Assembly (NCBI RefSeq): GCF_006345805.1
Contig: NC_043020.1
Coordinates: forward strand, 24,800,001 to 24,864,000
Source of the DNA: Octopus sinensis
Lineage: Eukaryota
DNA: 64,000 nt
Direction of reading: 5' to 3'
Part shown: piece after piece, positions 37,146 through 50,512 of the stretch
Numbering within the stretch: position 1 is the first letter of the stretch
How the letters are laid out: each line of letters opens with the position of its first letter
The notes under the pieces: generated by a model
Database searches by the model: none
Seen by the model: the letters and a program-made list of their open reading frames with translations, nothing else
What the model was told of the DNA's origin: nothing
Made by a program: the position numbers and the translations under genes

Positions 37146-37508
37146 GAGGTATGAAATTTGCTCAACCACATGGTTCCAGGTTCAGTCTCACTGTGTGGCA
37201 CCTTGGGCAAGTGCCTTCTACTGTACCCTGGGACCGATCAAAGCCTTGTGAGTAGATTTGGTAGGCAGAAATTGAAAGCCTGTCGCGCGCGCGTGCATGT
37301 GTGTGTGTGTGCGTCTTTATGTCTGTGCTTGTCCCCTCCCCACCACCATTGCATGACAACCGGCGTTGGCGTGTTTACGTCCCCATAAAAGAGATTTACA
37401 TAAGTACCGGGCTTTAAATGATAAGGATCGGGGTAGATTCGTTCGACTGAAATTTTTCAAGTTGGTGTTCCAGCATGGTCGCAGTCTAATGACTGTAATT
37501 AGTAAAAA
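37146..37508 (+). mobile_element. SINE family A
   Basis: caaccacatggttccaggttcagtc...ggcaccttgggcaagtg...ggtgttccagcatggtcgcagtc. Confidence 0.85.
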
Positions 37509-37509
37509 A

Positions 37510-38156
37510 TTATATATATATATATATATATACATATATATAACATATACATATAATACACTACATTTTATAATACATATACATCATATACATATACATA
37601 TATATACATATACATATATATACATATACATATATATACAATATACATATATATATATAATATACATATACATATATATACATATACATACATATATATA
37701 TACATATATATACATACACATATATATACACATATATATACACATATATATCACATATATATACATATATATATACATATATTCCTATATATATAATATA
37801 TATCATATATATTATACATATATATATACACATATATATACACATTATATATACACATACATATATATATCTACATATATATACATATATATATATATAC
37901 ATATTATACATATATATTATATACATATATATACATATATATATATTATACATATATATACATATATATATATACAATATATACATATATATATACATAT
38001 ATATACATATATATAATATAATAATATTTACATATAATATATATATATATATTATATATACATATATATACAATATATATATATACATTATATTACATAT
38101 ATATATATATACATATATACATATATAGATATATCTATACATATATATAATATATA

Positions 38157-38207
<51 letters not shown>

Positions 38208-38223
38208 CATATATATATACATA

Positions 38224-38256
<33 letters not shown>

Positions 38257-38851
38257 CATATATATACATATATCATATATATACATATATATACATATAT
38301 ACATATATATAACATATATACAGTTATACATATATATACATAATACATATATATAACATATATACATATATATACATATATATACATATATATACATATA
38401 TATATATAACATATTATACATATATACATATATACATATATATACATATATATACAATATATACATATATAACATATATACATATATAACATATATATAT
38501 ATATATATAATATATATACATTATATACATAATATACATATATACATATATATACATATATACACATATATACATATATATACATATATACACATATATA
38601 CATATATATACATATATACATATATATACATATATATACATATATACATATATATACATATATACACATATATACATATATACATATATACACATATATA
38701 CATATACTATATATACATATATACATATATACATATATATACATATATATACATATATACATATATTACATATATATATACATTATATACATTAATATAT
38801 ACATATAATATATACATATATATACATATATATATATAATATCTATAATAC

Positions 38852-38882
<31 letters not shown>

Positions 38883-38999
38883 CACATATATATATATAAT
38901 ACATATATATATATTATACATATATATATACATAGATATATATATATACATATATATATATATACATAAGATTATATATTACATATATATATATATATA

Positions 39000-39065
<66 letters not shown>

Positions 39066-39251
39066 TACATATATATATATAGTATATATATATATATATA
39101 TATACATATATATATACATATATATATATACATATATATATACATATATATATATACATATATATATACATATATATATATACTATAGATATAACATATA
39201 TATATACATATTATATATATATACATATATATATATACATATATATATATA

Positions 39252-39300
<49 letters not shown>

Positions 39301-39521
39301 CATATATTATATATAGATTATATATATATATACATATTATATATACATATATATATATATAACATATATATACATATATATATATACATATATATATACA
39401 TATATATATACATATATATATATACATAATATTAGATACACATATATATATACATTACATATATAGATACATATATATATACATATATATATACATATAT
39501 AATATACATATATATTATACA

Positions 39522-39571
<50 letters not shown>

Positions 39572-39680
39572 CATATATATTATACATATATATATACATA
39601 TATATATATTATATATACATATATACATATATATATATATATACATATATACATATATACATAATACATATATATATATA
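37510..39680. repeat. ~2.2-kb degenerate (TA)n/(TACA)n array
   Basis: Seen directly. Confidence 0.95.
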
Positions 39681-40225
39681 TAAATTATTAGAGAGTTATC
39701 CACTATGTGGATAACTCTCTAGTGCTAAAAATAGCTCCGAAGCAACCACAGAAGATCTGTTTCCAACTAGAATCAACATACATTTAACGTAAGGAAAGTG
39801 AAATACAACGAATAAAATAGATTGACTCTATACAATTGTTTCATTACTAATGTAATATGTAGTTTTACTTACACTTACATCTATATATCTTCGGTAGAGT
39901 TTCGGTAGAGTTTTGGCGCGGAATTTGAGACATAACTAAAAATGTAATTGGTTGGACCGCTCGTGTTTTTGACGCTCGAATCGATCTAATTAATTGCATT
40001 TCTGACAAACTCTACCGAAGATTTATAGATGTAATTGTAAGTAAAACTACATATTACATTAGTAATGAAACAATTGTATAGAGTCAATCTATTTTATTCG
40101 TTGTATTTCACTTTCCTTACGTTAAATGTATGTTGATTCTAGTTGGAAACAGATCTTTTGTGTTGCTTCGGAGCTATTTTTAGCACTAGAGTTATCCACA
40201 TAGTGGATAACTCTCTAATAATTTA
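39681..40225. repeat. Long inverted repeat (foldback/MITE-like): ~220-bp arms, ~104-bp spacer
   Basis: 39681-39902 is the reverse complement of 40007-40225 with a few substitutions and indels. Confidence 0.9.
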
Positions 40226-40329
40226 TGTATAAATTTGTATTTTCTCCGTAGTTTTTTGTGCTAAGCCACTTGGTGTTAAATTAATGGTATTAGTAAATTA
40301 ATATCGATTTTTCACCCTCATTTATAATC

Positions 40330-40645
40330 ATATATATATATATATACATATATACATATACATATATATATATATACATATATACATATATACATATACA
40401 TATATACATATACATATATACATATATATATACATATATACATATATATATATACATATATAATATATACATATATAATATACATATATACATATATATA
40501 CATATATATAACATATATACATATATATATACATATATACATATATATACATATATATATATACATATATATACATATATATACATATATATATATATAT
40601 ATACATATATATACATATATTATATACATATATACATATATATAC

Positions 40646-40680
<35 letters not shown>

Positions 40681-40682
40681 AT
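40330..40682. repeat. (TA)n/(TACA)n array
   Basis: Seen directly. Confidence 0.95.
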
Positions 40683-40828
40683 AAACTAAATGTGGCAGTC
40701 TCATGAGGACGATGTTACTATGGTTTTTAGCCCAAGGAAGATATCTCCTCCACTTGGCTAACGACACACTGTGTCCGGTTAGTATTTGTGAGAGGAGGTC
40801 ATCACTCTCATATCTAGACTTGCGTGAT

Positions 40829-40866
<38 letters not shown>

Positions 40867-42946
40867 CTCACACACACACACACAGCATGTATTTTAGTAT
40901 TTGTATTTCTCTGTCCACTAAGTTAGAAAAAAAATGTCGCATGTTGTAAAATTTTGAGGTCCTTCACCAAAAACATCTCCCACGACCACCACCACCAAAA
41001 AAGAAAGAAAAGCAACAAAGAAATTTTGTGGAAAAGTTACAGTCTTGTGTCTTTCTCTTAACGAATAAACAACAGCAACAACAGAAAGCAGTCCTAAATG
41101 TGGTTGCGTTTCAAATGGTTATGACAATGGTTATGATCTTTAAAGCCTACAAGACTTTATCATGGGAATGGTTAAAAGAAGCATGCTTAATTTACCTCCC
41201 ATTCTTTAAAGGGAACAAAAGAATAGCATTGTTCCCTAGCAAAACATGAAATACGATATGATAGCGGTTAAGGTGGCGGGGTGGGTGAGAAGAGACTAGG
41301 AGCTGAAGAAGGGTAGGGTTAGAGAGTTGGGTGGATTTGAAAAGTAAAAGCTTAAACAAAATGGAGAATTACGATTCGGTAGAAAATACACAAATAAATA
41401 TATTAAAAGGTTCTCTGGGGTGGGTTACGAAACGGAAATGTTGATGCAGATTTCAAGTTGTGCGTCTTATGTGGAAAGTAGAAAAGAAATTATTTGAGTG
41501 AAGTAAATAAAGTATGAAGCCATGTTTCGTGAGATCGAAACTCACTGGTACTATTTCCAGCTTTTCACTCAGGGACTCAGACTTCACATATGTTTTATTA
41601 CATTATGACTTCAATGAATGTAGAAGGGAGCAGATACGTAATTATACATACAGGCACTTTAATAAGCATGTATACACAGACAAATATATGTACACTTGCA
41701 TATACAAATATATACATGTTTATGATATATACATGTTATACGCACACTTTTATATATACGAGTACAAATGTATATGTACACATACACAAATACACAAAAT
41801 AAGAGAGCATTGAACATTTAAATCCTCACAGTGTTTACAACTCTAGAGAGAGAGGGGTAATAAGTATATATATATATGTATATTTGTTGTTTAGTGAAGA
41901 AATACCTGACCCAGGTAGAAGTAGATTTGGCAACTATAGCAACCAGCTAATACAATAGATTGCGGATCAATATTAAACTTGCCAGATCAATAATAAAATA
42001 ATAACTTGACGGATCAATAACACGTTCTTCGCGGATCAATAGCATGCCGGATCAATAAGAGCTGGTCGGCTCAGTCTGATTTCCGGTGTGGAGTGGGGAG
42101 TTAGTCGGATGACAGGGACCACAAGCTAAGATGGCTGCTTGAATAACGAACTCTTCTATGGATAGATGTATGGATGTATAAAAGAAAAGGAGAAAAAAAG
42201 GATGGAAGGAGAAATAAATGGGTGTCGGGTGTTAGTTGTTTGGCTAACTGGTCTAACCAGTTTTTACCAAGTATCGGGCTACTTGCTTCAAAAGCTGACC
42301 AGATCGATGTTTCACTGTTCCACTTAGCTACTTACCTATCAACACATAAACATGATAAAGGACGCCCCAACATTGCGGCCACTTGACAAAGAGAAATTCG
42401 GCAACAGCGTTGAATCTGTATTAGGAGATACGAAACAGTCAAATCCGAGAGAAAACTAGATTGGTTAGTCTTTCCTATCACGTCTTCTAGCTATCTGTCT
42501 GTCCGTCTATTTATGCAGCCCTAGAACTAAATATTTCATATTTAATTGATGTAGGTTACCACTCCGAAGGTTACCACTGTCTCAAAGCAAAATAATGTAT
42601 TTTGTCAATTTTGTGTTGTAGACAGACAGACGAGTGTGCGTGTGTGCGTGTGTGTGTGTTCGTGTGTAAATGATTTGTTTTGATATCTTAGAGAAGGTCC
42701 ATTTGCATCACGTTTTCTAACATCTCCTGCCCCTTCCTCGCGCCTTCTAGACTGAATCTGTCCTTTTAGTTACATCCGTAGAATTAAACAACGTAGATAC
42801 TTCTTTATTCCACAAGGATGGAGTTGTATGTTATTCATTACTCTTACTAAAATCTATTTTGTCCACAAAGAGCCTGCAATATCTAGAAATGTTACAATAT
42901 ATACACAAAGTATTTGGTTGCTTCGAGTTTCCCCACACAGTGTCAA

Positions 42947-43136
42947 GTGGAGCTGCTAGGTACTGCACACATCCTATTTAAAGCACTTTCAATACCGTGA
43001 CAATAAGAACATCAAAACAAGCCACAGCACATGTCCAAGACACACAGAGCTGCGCTCAGTAATACAGTGAAAGCACGTGATAAGACTACTGAATAATAAT
43101 ATTAATAATAATAATAATATTAATAATAATAATAAT

Positions 43137-43168
<32 letters not shown>
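42947..43168 (+). mobile_element. 3' terminus of an R4/Dong-like non-LTR retrotransposon ending in (AAT)n
   Basis: Translates VELLGTAHILFKALSIP* (42947-43000), resembling the C-terminal LLGTAHILR motif of R4/Dong-type ORFs; short UTR then a (TAA)n run. Clade call from motif memory. Confidence 0.5.
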
Positions 43169-43240
43169 GGCGAAATGCAGCTAGTACATCAGTACTTTCG
43201 CATTTGTTAAAATTTGCCAACAAAGATAAAATTATATTAC

Positions 43241-43450
43241 TCTCTTTTACTCTTTTACTTGTTTCAGTCATTTGACTGCGGTCATGCTGGAGCACCGTCT
43301 TTAGTCGAGCAAATCGACGCCGGGACTTATTCTTTGTAAGCCCAGTACTTACTCTATCGGTCTCTTTTGCCGAACCGCTAAGTGACGGGGATGTAAACAC
43401 ACCAGCATCGGTTGTCAAGCAATGCTAGGGGGACAAACACAGACACACAA

Positions 43451-43543
<93 letters not shown>

Positions 43544-43730
43544 TATATATATATACACATATATATACGACAGGCTTCTTTCAGTTTCCGTCTACCAAAT
43601 CCACTCACAAGGCATTGGTCGGCCCGGGGCCATAGCAGAAGACACTTGCCCAAGATGCCACGCAGTGGTACTGAACCCGGAACCATGTGGTTGGTTAGCA
43701 AACTACTTACCACACAGCCACTCCTGCGCC
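43241..43730 (-). mobile_element. SINE family A, full length, with an internal (CA)/(TA) microsatellite
   Basis: Least-diverged copy: ctcttttacttgtttcagtcatttgactgcggtcatgctggagcaccg ... gacacttgcccaagatgccacgcagtggtactgaacccggaaccatgtggttgg ... ccactcctgcgcc. Confidence 0.92.
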
Positions 43731-44299
43731 TATTATATATACATACACACAAAACATACATTTGTGTGCATATGTATGGGTCTGTGTATAAATATATATA
43801 TTCAGGAAAAATATTCACGCAAGTGAAAATAGTCGTACAAATGTGTGATTATTATGTTGTACGCGTGTATGACATCGGTGTAAAAATGGTTGACATACTC
43901 CATAGAAAAATACTTTAATGAAAAAACGTAACAGCTCTAATGAGGTCCGCCATATTGGATTCACTCTTATTTTTATATACTTGTTTTGCCGTTTTTTTTT
44001 TGTTGCTTTATTTTTATTTATTCAGTAATTTAGTGTTTTTTTCCGTAATTTTGATTGACGAGAAAACACTTGTCAAAATTAAGTTATTGCAAAAATAATC
44101 ATAGATATTGATATTAATTATGATAACAATAACAAAGATACATTATGGCAGTAATAAATGTATATTAATGGTAGTGATGACAATAATATCTTTATGAATA
44201 TTTAATAATATTAACAGTAAAACTTATTTGTCACAGCGGTTGCGGATAATAATAATAATAATTATCATTATTTCAATTTTTTTTCCACAAGGGCAGCTT

Positions 44300-45770
44300 G
44301 GGGGAGGTGGGGTTGAGTCGATTAAATCGAGCCCAGTACTTAATTTATCGACTCCGAAAGGATGAAAGGCAAAGGCGACCTCGGCGGAACTTGAACTCAG
44401 AACGTAGCGGCAGACGAAATGCCACTAAGCATTTCGTCCAGCATGCTAGCGATTCTGCCAGATTATCGCCTCAATAATAATGATAATCCTTTCTATTAAA
44501 GGCACAAGGCCTGAAATATGGTTTTGAATTTTGCCACAAGGGCAATTTTGTCGGAATTCGAACTCAGAATGTAGCGACGACTGGTACTTATTTTATCGAC
44601 CCCGAGGGGATGAAAGGTACAGTCAACCTCGGATGAATTTGAACTCAGAACATAAAGACGGACAACATGCTGCGAAGCATTTTGTCCAACGTGCAAACGT
44701 TTCTCTCAACTCACCACCCGTTTATATAATCCTTTTGTTATGAATGATGTGTGTGATCGAGTGTTACGCTTTAAACAACCATTACTATGGAAAAAATCGA
44801 AGGCAGTAATCGAAACCATTAAGATATTGAAACAACGTTATGAAGGTCGATAAATTTATGCATCAATATAGAAAATCAAAATAATTAATAACACATGGAA
44901 TGTCGATAGATCCTGCAAACATAATATGATTAAAATATACGAATATTTATAAGGAAGATCATTTTATTTGCTACGTAATGTTGGTGGATGATAATGGGGA
45001 ATTCTAATCGAATGAGAAGGTCAGAGATTTTACAGGTGAGCTACAGCTAATTAAATCAACTTCCGTTCTTAAGTGATACCAGTTTTATCGTTGACCCTTG
45101 GACAAATATAAAGTTGACACTGAGTGAGATTGAATCCGATAACCTAACAGTACACATAAATACGGCCCTTAATAATGGTTGCTTCAGATTTTGGCACACA
45201 GCCAGCAATACTAGGGAAGGGGTTAAGTCGATTACATCGACCTTAGGCTCAACTGGTGCTTATTTCATCGACTCCATTACGATGAAAGGCAAAGTCAACC
45301 TCGGCGGGATTTGAACTCAGAACGTAGACAGGGACTTAAAGAGGAGATACCGCTCAGGATTTTTCCCGGTGCAATAACGATTCCGCCACCTCAATAATAA
45401 TTCCTTTTATTGACCACAAGGACTCAATACATTCAGGACTCCATCAAAAGATGAATGCAGAAAAATAAATCAAATCCTAAACAGTGGAGCAATCCTCCAA
45501 GGGTAATTCGAAGACAAATCCCCATGCGAAAGTTCCCAGATTCCTCTGCCATCTCCAAGGCACTGGAAGTGTTTTCTTCCAGTTTATTCCCTCCTACTTA
45601 GAGAAACATACTCAGAGTAGACCCGGCACAAAGCCAACAATTTTGAAGGGGAACGATATGGGGATGCCATCGACCCCGGAGGGATCAGAAGCAAAGATAT
45701 TCTCGGCAGGATTTGAACGCAGAACCTAAAAGAAAATATGAATAACGAATTTTCCAGATACTCTAACGAT
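44300..45770 (-). mobile_element. Cluster of four SINE family B copies/fragments (~44300-44470, 44490-44710, 45170-45390, 45665-45770)
   Basis: Repeated ttatcgac(c/t)ccgaaaggatgaaagg...gacctcggcgg...ttgaactcagaacg blocks. Confidence 0.75.
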
Positions 45771-47340
45771 ACTGCCATAGGCACACGGTGGCCACAAATC
45801 TAGGTAAGGAGATAAGACTAACAGACCCCAGAAACTTAACAGGTCCTTTATTTAAAGGAGAAAATAAGAGATTAGTTTTCTATGGAATATAGAAAAGGAC
45901 AAACCAAAGAGTACGTACTCTAAAATAGAGGTTCAGTATTTCAGTATACAGTCCTTCTGTTCTTTCAAATTTATATAACTTCAGTTCTAGAGAGGTGGCA
46001 GAATTAATCCGAGAAAATAATTTAATACGCATTTAAACTTATTGTTGAGACTGTCCGTTTCTCACTGTAGTACGAGAGTTAGGTTCTAGAAATGTGTTTT
46101 ACTGTTGGGATTTCTGGTTTACACTTGTACTGAAAGTGTCTTGATGTAAAACAAAACTTCGTGTTGAAAATGAAGCAGATACGTCAAGAAAAAAAACCCT
46201 ACTCTTGCCACTCGAGAAGTTTATTCTTTCACGAGGTGTCAGAATTTTTGTCGCACTTCTGCATCCTTGGTCAATGACGCATCGTTGCAGCCGAGCTGTA
46301 CCAGCAACTGACTCACAACAATACGACAAAATATCTCCGACTTCTAATGGAATATATTTAAACCGAAAGTCAATTTTAGAAGCCTCGTGTGTCACTAAAT
46401 GACTACAATGCCTTTTCCCTCTTGTAGATTTACTGTTGAGTTTTTTTTTCTTTCTTAAGTTATAACAGAACCAATTTTTTTAATATGGCCACCACTAATC
46501 ATTAATAGAAACAGGTTTAGTCGAATACATTGCATGTTATCCCTCATAAAATTCAATTTTCTTTTAATTAATTAAGCCATTATAATAAATTTTTCGTCTG
46601 GTGACCATAAAATAGATTCATATTGCTTCCAAATGTTCTCCACAGATTAATCCTACTACATAGAGAACTAAAGTTACAGCAATTTAATATTTGAAATTTA
46701 AAATTTTATTCCTTTAATTTTCTGCATATTAGAATTTAGCCGTAAAGGACATAGAGAGGTCTAGTATTTACATAGTTTATTGTCGTCAACCCTCTAAATT
46801 CATTATAACTATTTATAAATTTTTTCTTAAATTTAATTTCTTCAACTTAAAATTGCACAATAAGGACTATATAATAATTGTATAGAATGCTAAATCCAGG
46901 TCAGACATAGCGGACCGATAATTTATTACCGTAAGGTGAAGAAGATGAACAAAATATATGAACGGCAGAGAAAGTAATAACAGATTCGGTTGAATCTTTT
47001 TTTTTCTTTTCGTTTTTATTTTTAATCGACATATTGGAATCGATATTGCTTTCACAAATGAATAATAATATTGGCGATGACGACGACGATGGTGAGGAAG
47101 GGTCGAAGGATGGAAGGGGAAGGGACGAGGAAGACGTCGATAACGATGACGACAACGACGATGATGATGATTGTTACAATATTTCTTAATGAGTTTAGAA
47201 GACGAAAAATAACTAAAGAAAACGACAAAAATGACGAAGAAATTAAAACAAGAAAATTCCATTAAATCCTTGGGGGGGGGGCAGGTGTTTGTGTCGCTTA
47301 AACGACAGTTTTATTGAAGTAGTGTGGGCATCGTGGGGCA

Positions 47341-49010
47341 TTAAAAACTGGTACAAGGTCACATGCAAGGTGACTAGCTTTACTCAGAAATGGGCTGACA
47401 GATAGATGTCCTTGAAAGGTCAGGCAGAAGTGGTTAACGATTTACTATCACCGGACCGTTGTGTTTTCTGACATTACACGACGGTCAGTTGGTAGCAGAC
47501 CAAATTGGAACGTATACTTGTTTTCATTTCTGGAGGAATGGACAGCTTCTGCTAGTCAGAAAGTTTGTCCACTCGAAATGGCATTTGGTTGGCCGAAAAT
47601 GTTGACGCATTTCCTATAGCTGTCTTCAATCAAACTGCCGTTCTGGGCTCATACGGACATATGTGTTTGGCAAGAGCAATGCTACTGGGCACTCACTATA
47701 CTTTACAAGCTGGGAAAACATGGTCAGTGATGGTATTTTACCGAGGAAAGGAGCGAAATTACAGAGGGAGCGGGTAAGAGTCTCGACTGAGACAGTCAAA
47801 AATATTTTCCTTTTAAGAAGAATTTCAGGTGGGGATTAAGGGATTAAGGAGTAATTTTCAGAAGCTCTTGGGTTCTGATCGGGATAAATGAAATATCGTT
47901 TGTTCGGGAGTAACTCTACAGAGATATCCAGCATTTCTTTAAGGCTGTGTGTGCTGGCGGCGCCAACGTTCAAACCTGTTCGAGACACGTGCTGACTAAT
48001 CCAAGCCTCCAGCCTATAGTTATTGTCTATACGAATCTGCTTCATGAGTCTATGCAGAACATCGGTTATCATTTGCTGGCCGAAAGCGATAATTAGCCAA
48101 GTCCATCAAAGTTGATCTTTCATAAAGACCATAGCAAGGAAGACCGGGAAGCCCTCTTCTGCCTGGTGACTACCGAAAGCAATTTGTGAATTATTTGTGG
48201 TTGAACATAAAGATCAAATATTTTCCTTTCATACCATCAAACCCTAATCAAAGTCTGTCCTGTGTATCATGTGATATTTCTCTGACGTTCATACATCATA
48301 TATAATAATACACATTCCTAATTTCTTTTTCATCACCAGAGCAGCCTGGGTCTTATGATAGGAAAGCTTTATATTATACAAAACACATGAAACAAAGGAT
48401 AAGGAAAAGTTTGAAGACACACATGGACGTTGAAGACAAATTTACGGAAACTATTTTGGACAGGTGACGGGTGAAAAGGAAGGTGAAGGTAGAAAGAGGA
48501 ACCCAAGGCTGCAGTGAATTTGTTTAAATTTGAACGAGAGAAATGAAATTAATATGGCTAAACAGACCAGCCCCAACGAGAGCAGCAAGATCTAAGAGAA
48601 GAAAATTGTTTAGCCCCTATTTTGAGGAATCACCTCCTTCTTTTACATTGTTATTCTGTATTGTTATTTCACACATGTATATAAATACATCCATTGCTTC
48701 TTCCCTGATGGCGTCCTCTGTATGTTTCCAAGTTCCTGGACAAACGTGGCCAATGTTGAATTTGTTGTTAATGTTGCTCCTCGCAGAACTGTTGTTCGTT
48801 CTATTCTTCATGAAGACTTGAACGAACATTCGAAGCATGTTATGAAATAAAAACTGAGAAAAGAGACTTATGCAAGGTGGTCAGGGTAATCAGTGATCTG
48901 AATGTGGGTGGTCCTTGATGAAGCGCCGGTAACTGTTCTCTACCACTACCGGAGAATATTTCTTTGTATTCTGTCTTATTTGCCGTCTTTGAGCTCGTAA
49001 CCAATAAAGA
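47341..49010 (+). mobile_element. Heavily decayed RTE-clade LINE: APE endonuclease through the start of RT
   Basis: Colinear motif remnants across frames: DGQL..YTCFHFW (EGQL..YTFFW), GKSNATGHSLY (GK..AT.ISAY), LL..EFQVG (LGDFNARVG), NS...LRLC, IVY (IDY), SDN..SKL (TDH..SKL), RP*QG, LNRPAP (LNRPS), PDGV, C..VRVISDLNVGG (C.N.RGISLLSIAG). Eye alignment only. Confidence 0.55.
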
Positions 49011-49064
49011 GATGGTTACTTCTACTTCTGATACTATGAAGACTCTCACAATAAGGACGACAAA

Positions 49065-49260
49065 TTGGCAGAAGCGTTAGAGGGTCGGAAAAAACACATT
49101 GCAGCATTTTGTTCAAGCACTTACACTCTGAGTTCAAATTCCGCTGAGGCCAACTTGTGCCGTTCATTCTTTCAGGATCGATAAAATAAAGTACTACTCA
49201 AGAACTGGTGTCAATGCTATTTACTAAAACCCTCTTTTAAAACTGTTGGCCTTGTGCAAA

Positions 49261-49303
<43 letters not shown>

Positions 49304-49500
49304 GGGCGGCGAGCAGGCAGAGTTGTCAGCAAGCCGGGTATTTCGTCCATCCTTACGTTCTGCGTTCAAATTCCGCTGAGGTCGACTTTGTTTTTCGTTT
49401 TTTCAGGATCGATAAAATAAGTACTAGTTGAATACAGGGGTCACTGTAATCGATTCGTCCCCACCCTAAAATTTCAGGCCTTGTGCCTATAATAGGAAGG
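49065..49500 (+). mobile_element. Two tandem SINE family B copies separated by (ATT)n
   Basis: ggcagaagcgttag...ctgagttcaaattccgc and agggcggcgagcaggcagag...tgcgttcaaattccgctgaggtcgactttg...caggccttgtgcc. Confidence 0.8.
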
Positions 49501-50274
49501 ATTACTATTATTATTATCTGAACAACAATTACCACTTCGCAACCCCAACCATCATCATCATCATCAACAGCACCACCATTCTCCCCTTCACCCATAACAA
49601 GTACAATAAGACAAGAGAAAAGAAAAAGGAACAAAAAAACAAAAACAAAACAAGCAGAACAACAACGATCAATGTTAAACAAAACAACGGCGGCGGCGGC
49701 GGCGGCGGCGAAGACAATCAATCAAAGGAGAGTAAAACATTCAGAACCTAATTGTGTGTGTATAAGTGTATAACAGCATGTATGTATGCGTGTGAGTGTG
49801 AATGAATGTGTGTGTGTGTGTGTACGCGCGTATCAGTGTGAATGTGCACGTGTATGTGTGTATACATGTATAATGCTGCATAAATGTGTGTGTGTGTATG
49901 TATGGATATTTGTGCGTATGTTTGTATGTAGAAGTGTACGTGACTATGCGCGCGCGCGCGTGTGTAGGTTATTTATGTTACCCAACACTAATCCATTTGT
50001 AATTTTCTTATCAATGAGACTTTTTATAGCATTGTGTTATAAATATTTTATCGACCGAACCGTCCGCCTGTCTGTCTGTCTGTAGCTCTCCCTCCCCCCT
50101 CTCTCTCTGTCTGTCTGTGATTCTGTCAGTCGGCCTGGTTCAATATCCGCCAGAGAGAAGAGAAAGAGAGAGAAAAAGTGTGTGTATCGTTCTAAGGTGG
50201 TGGTTGGTGTTATTTAGCCCTAGGTCAGACCTTATCAAGACAACACACACCACACACACCTGTTGCAACAGGAA

Positions 50275-50480
50275 ATATTGGTTTCAAATTTTGGCACAAG
50301 GCCAGAAATTTTGGGAGAGGGTGTAAGTCGATTACATAGACTCCAGTAAACAACTGGAACGTATTTTATCGACCCTGAAAGGATGAAAAGTAAAGTCGAC
50401 CTCGGCAGATTTTGAACTCAGAACATAAAGACAGACGAAATGCTGCTGAATATTTTGCCCAGCGTGCTTACGGCTCTGCT

Positions 50481-50512
<32 letters not shown>

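Noticed and set aside
41960-42060. Repeat-spacer pattern superficially like a mini-CRISPR array
   Set aside because: The repeat is only 8-12 nt, spacers are 8-19 nt and irregular, the context is eukaryotic, and there are no cas genes.
47836-48180. Minus-strand frame weakly resembling a CRAL-TRIO/Sec14 domain (EGFPV...GLNV..LKEMLDISVELLP)
   Set aside because: It is antisense to a colinear series of RTE endonuclease motifs on the plus strand, which explains the region more fully.
48543-48854. ORFs on both strands and an apparent minus-strand acceptor/donor pair
   Set aside because: Lies within the RTE relic (LNRP, PDG, C..R.IS.L motifs on +); no recognisable host protein.
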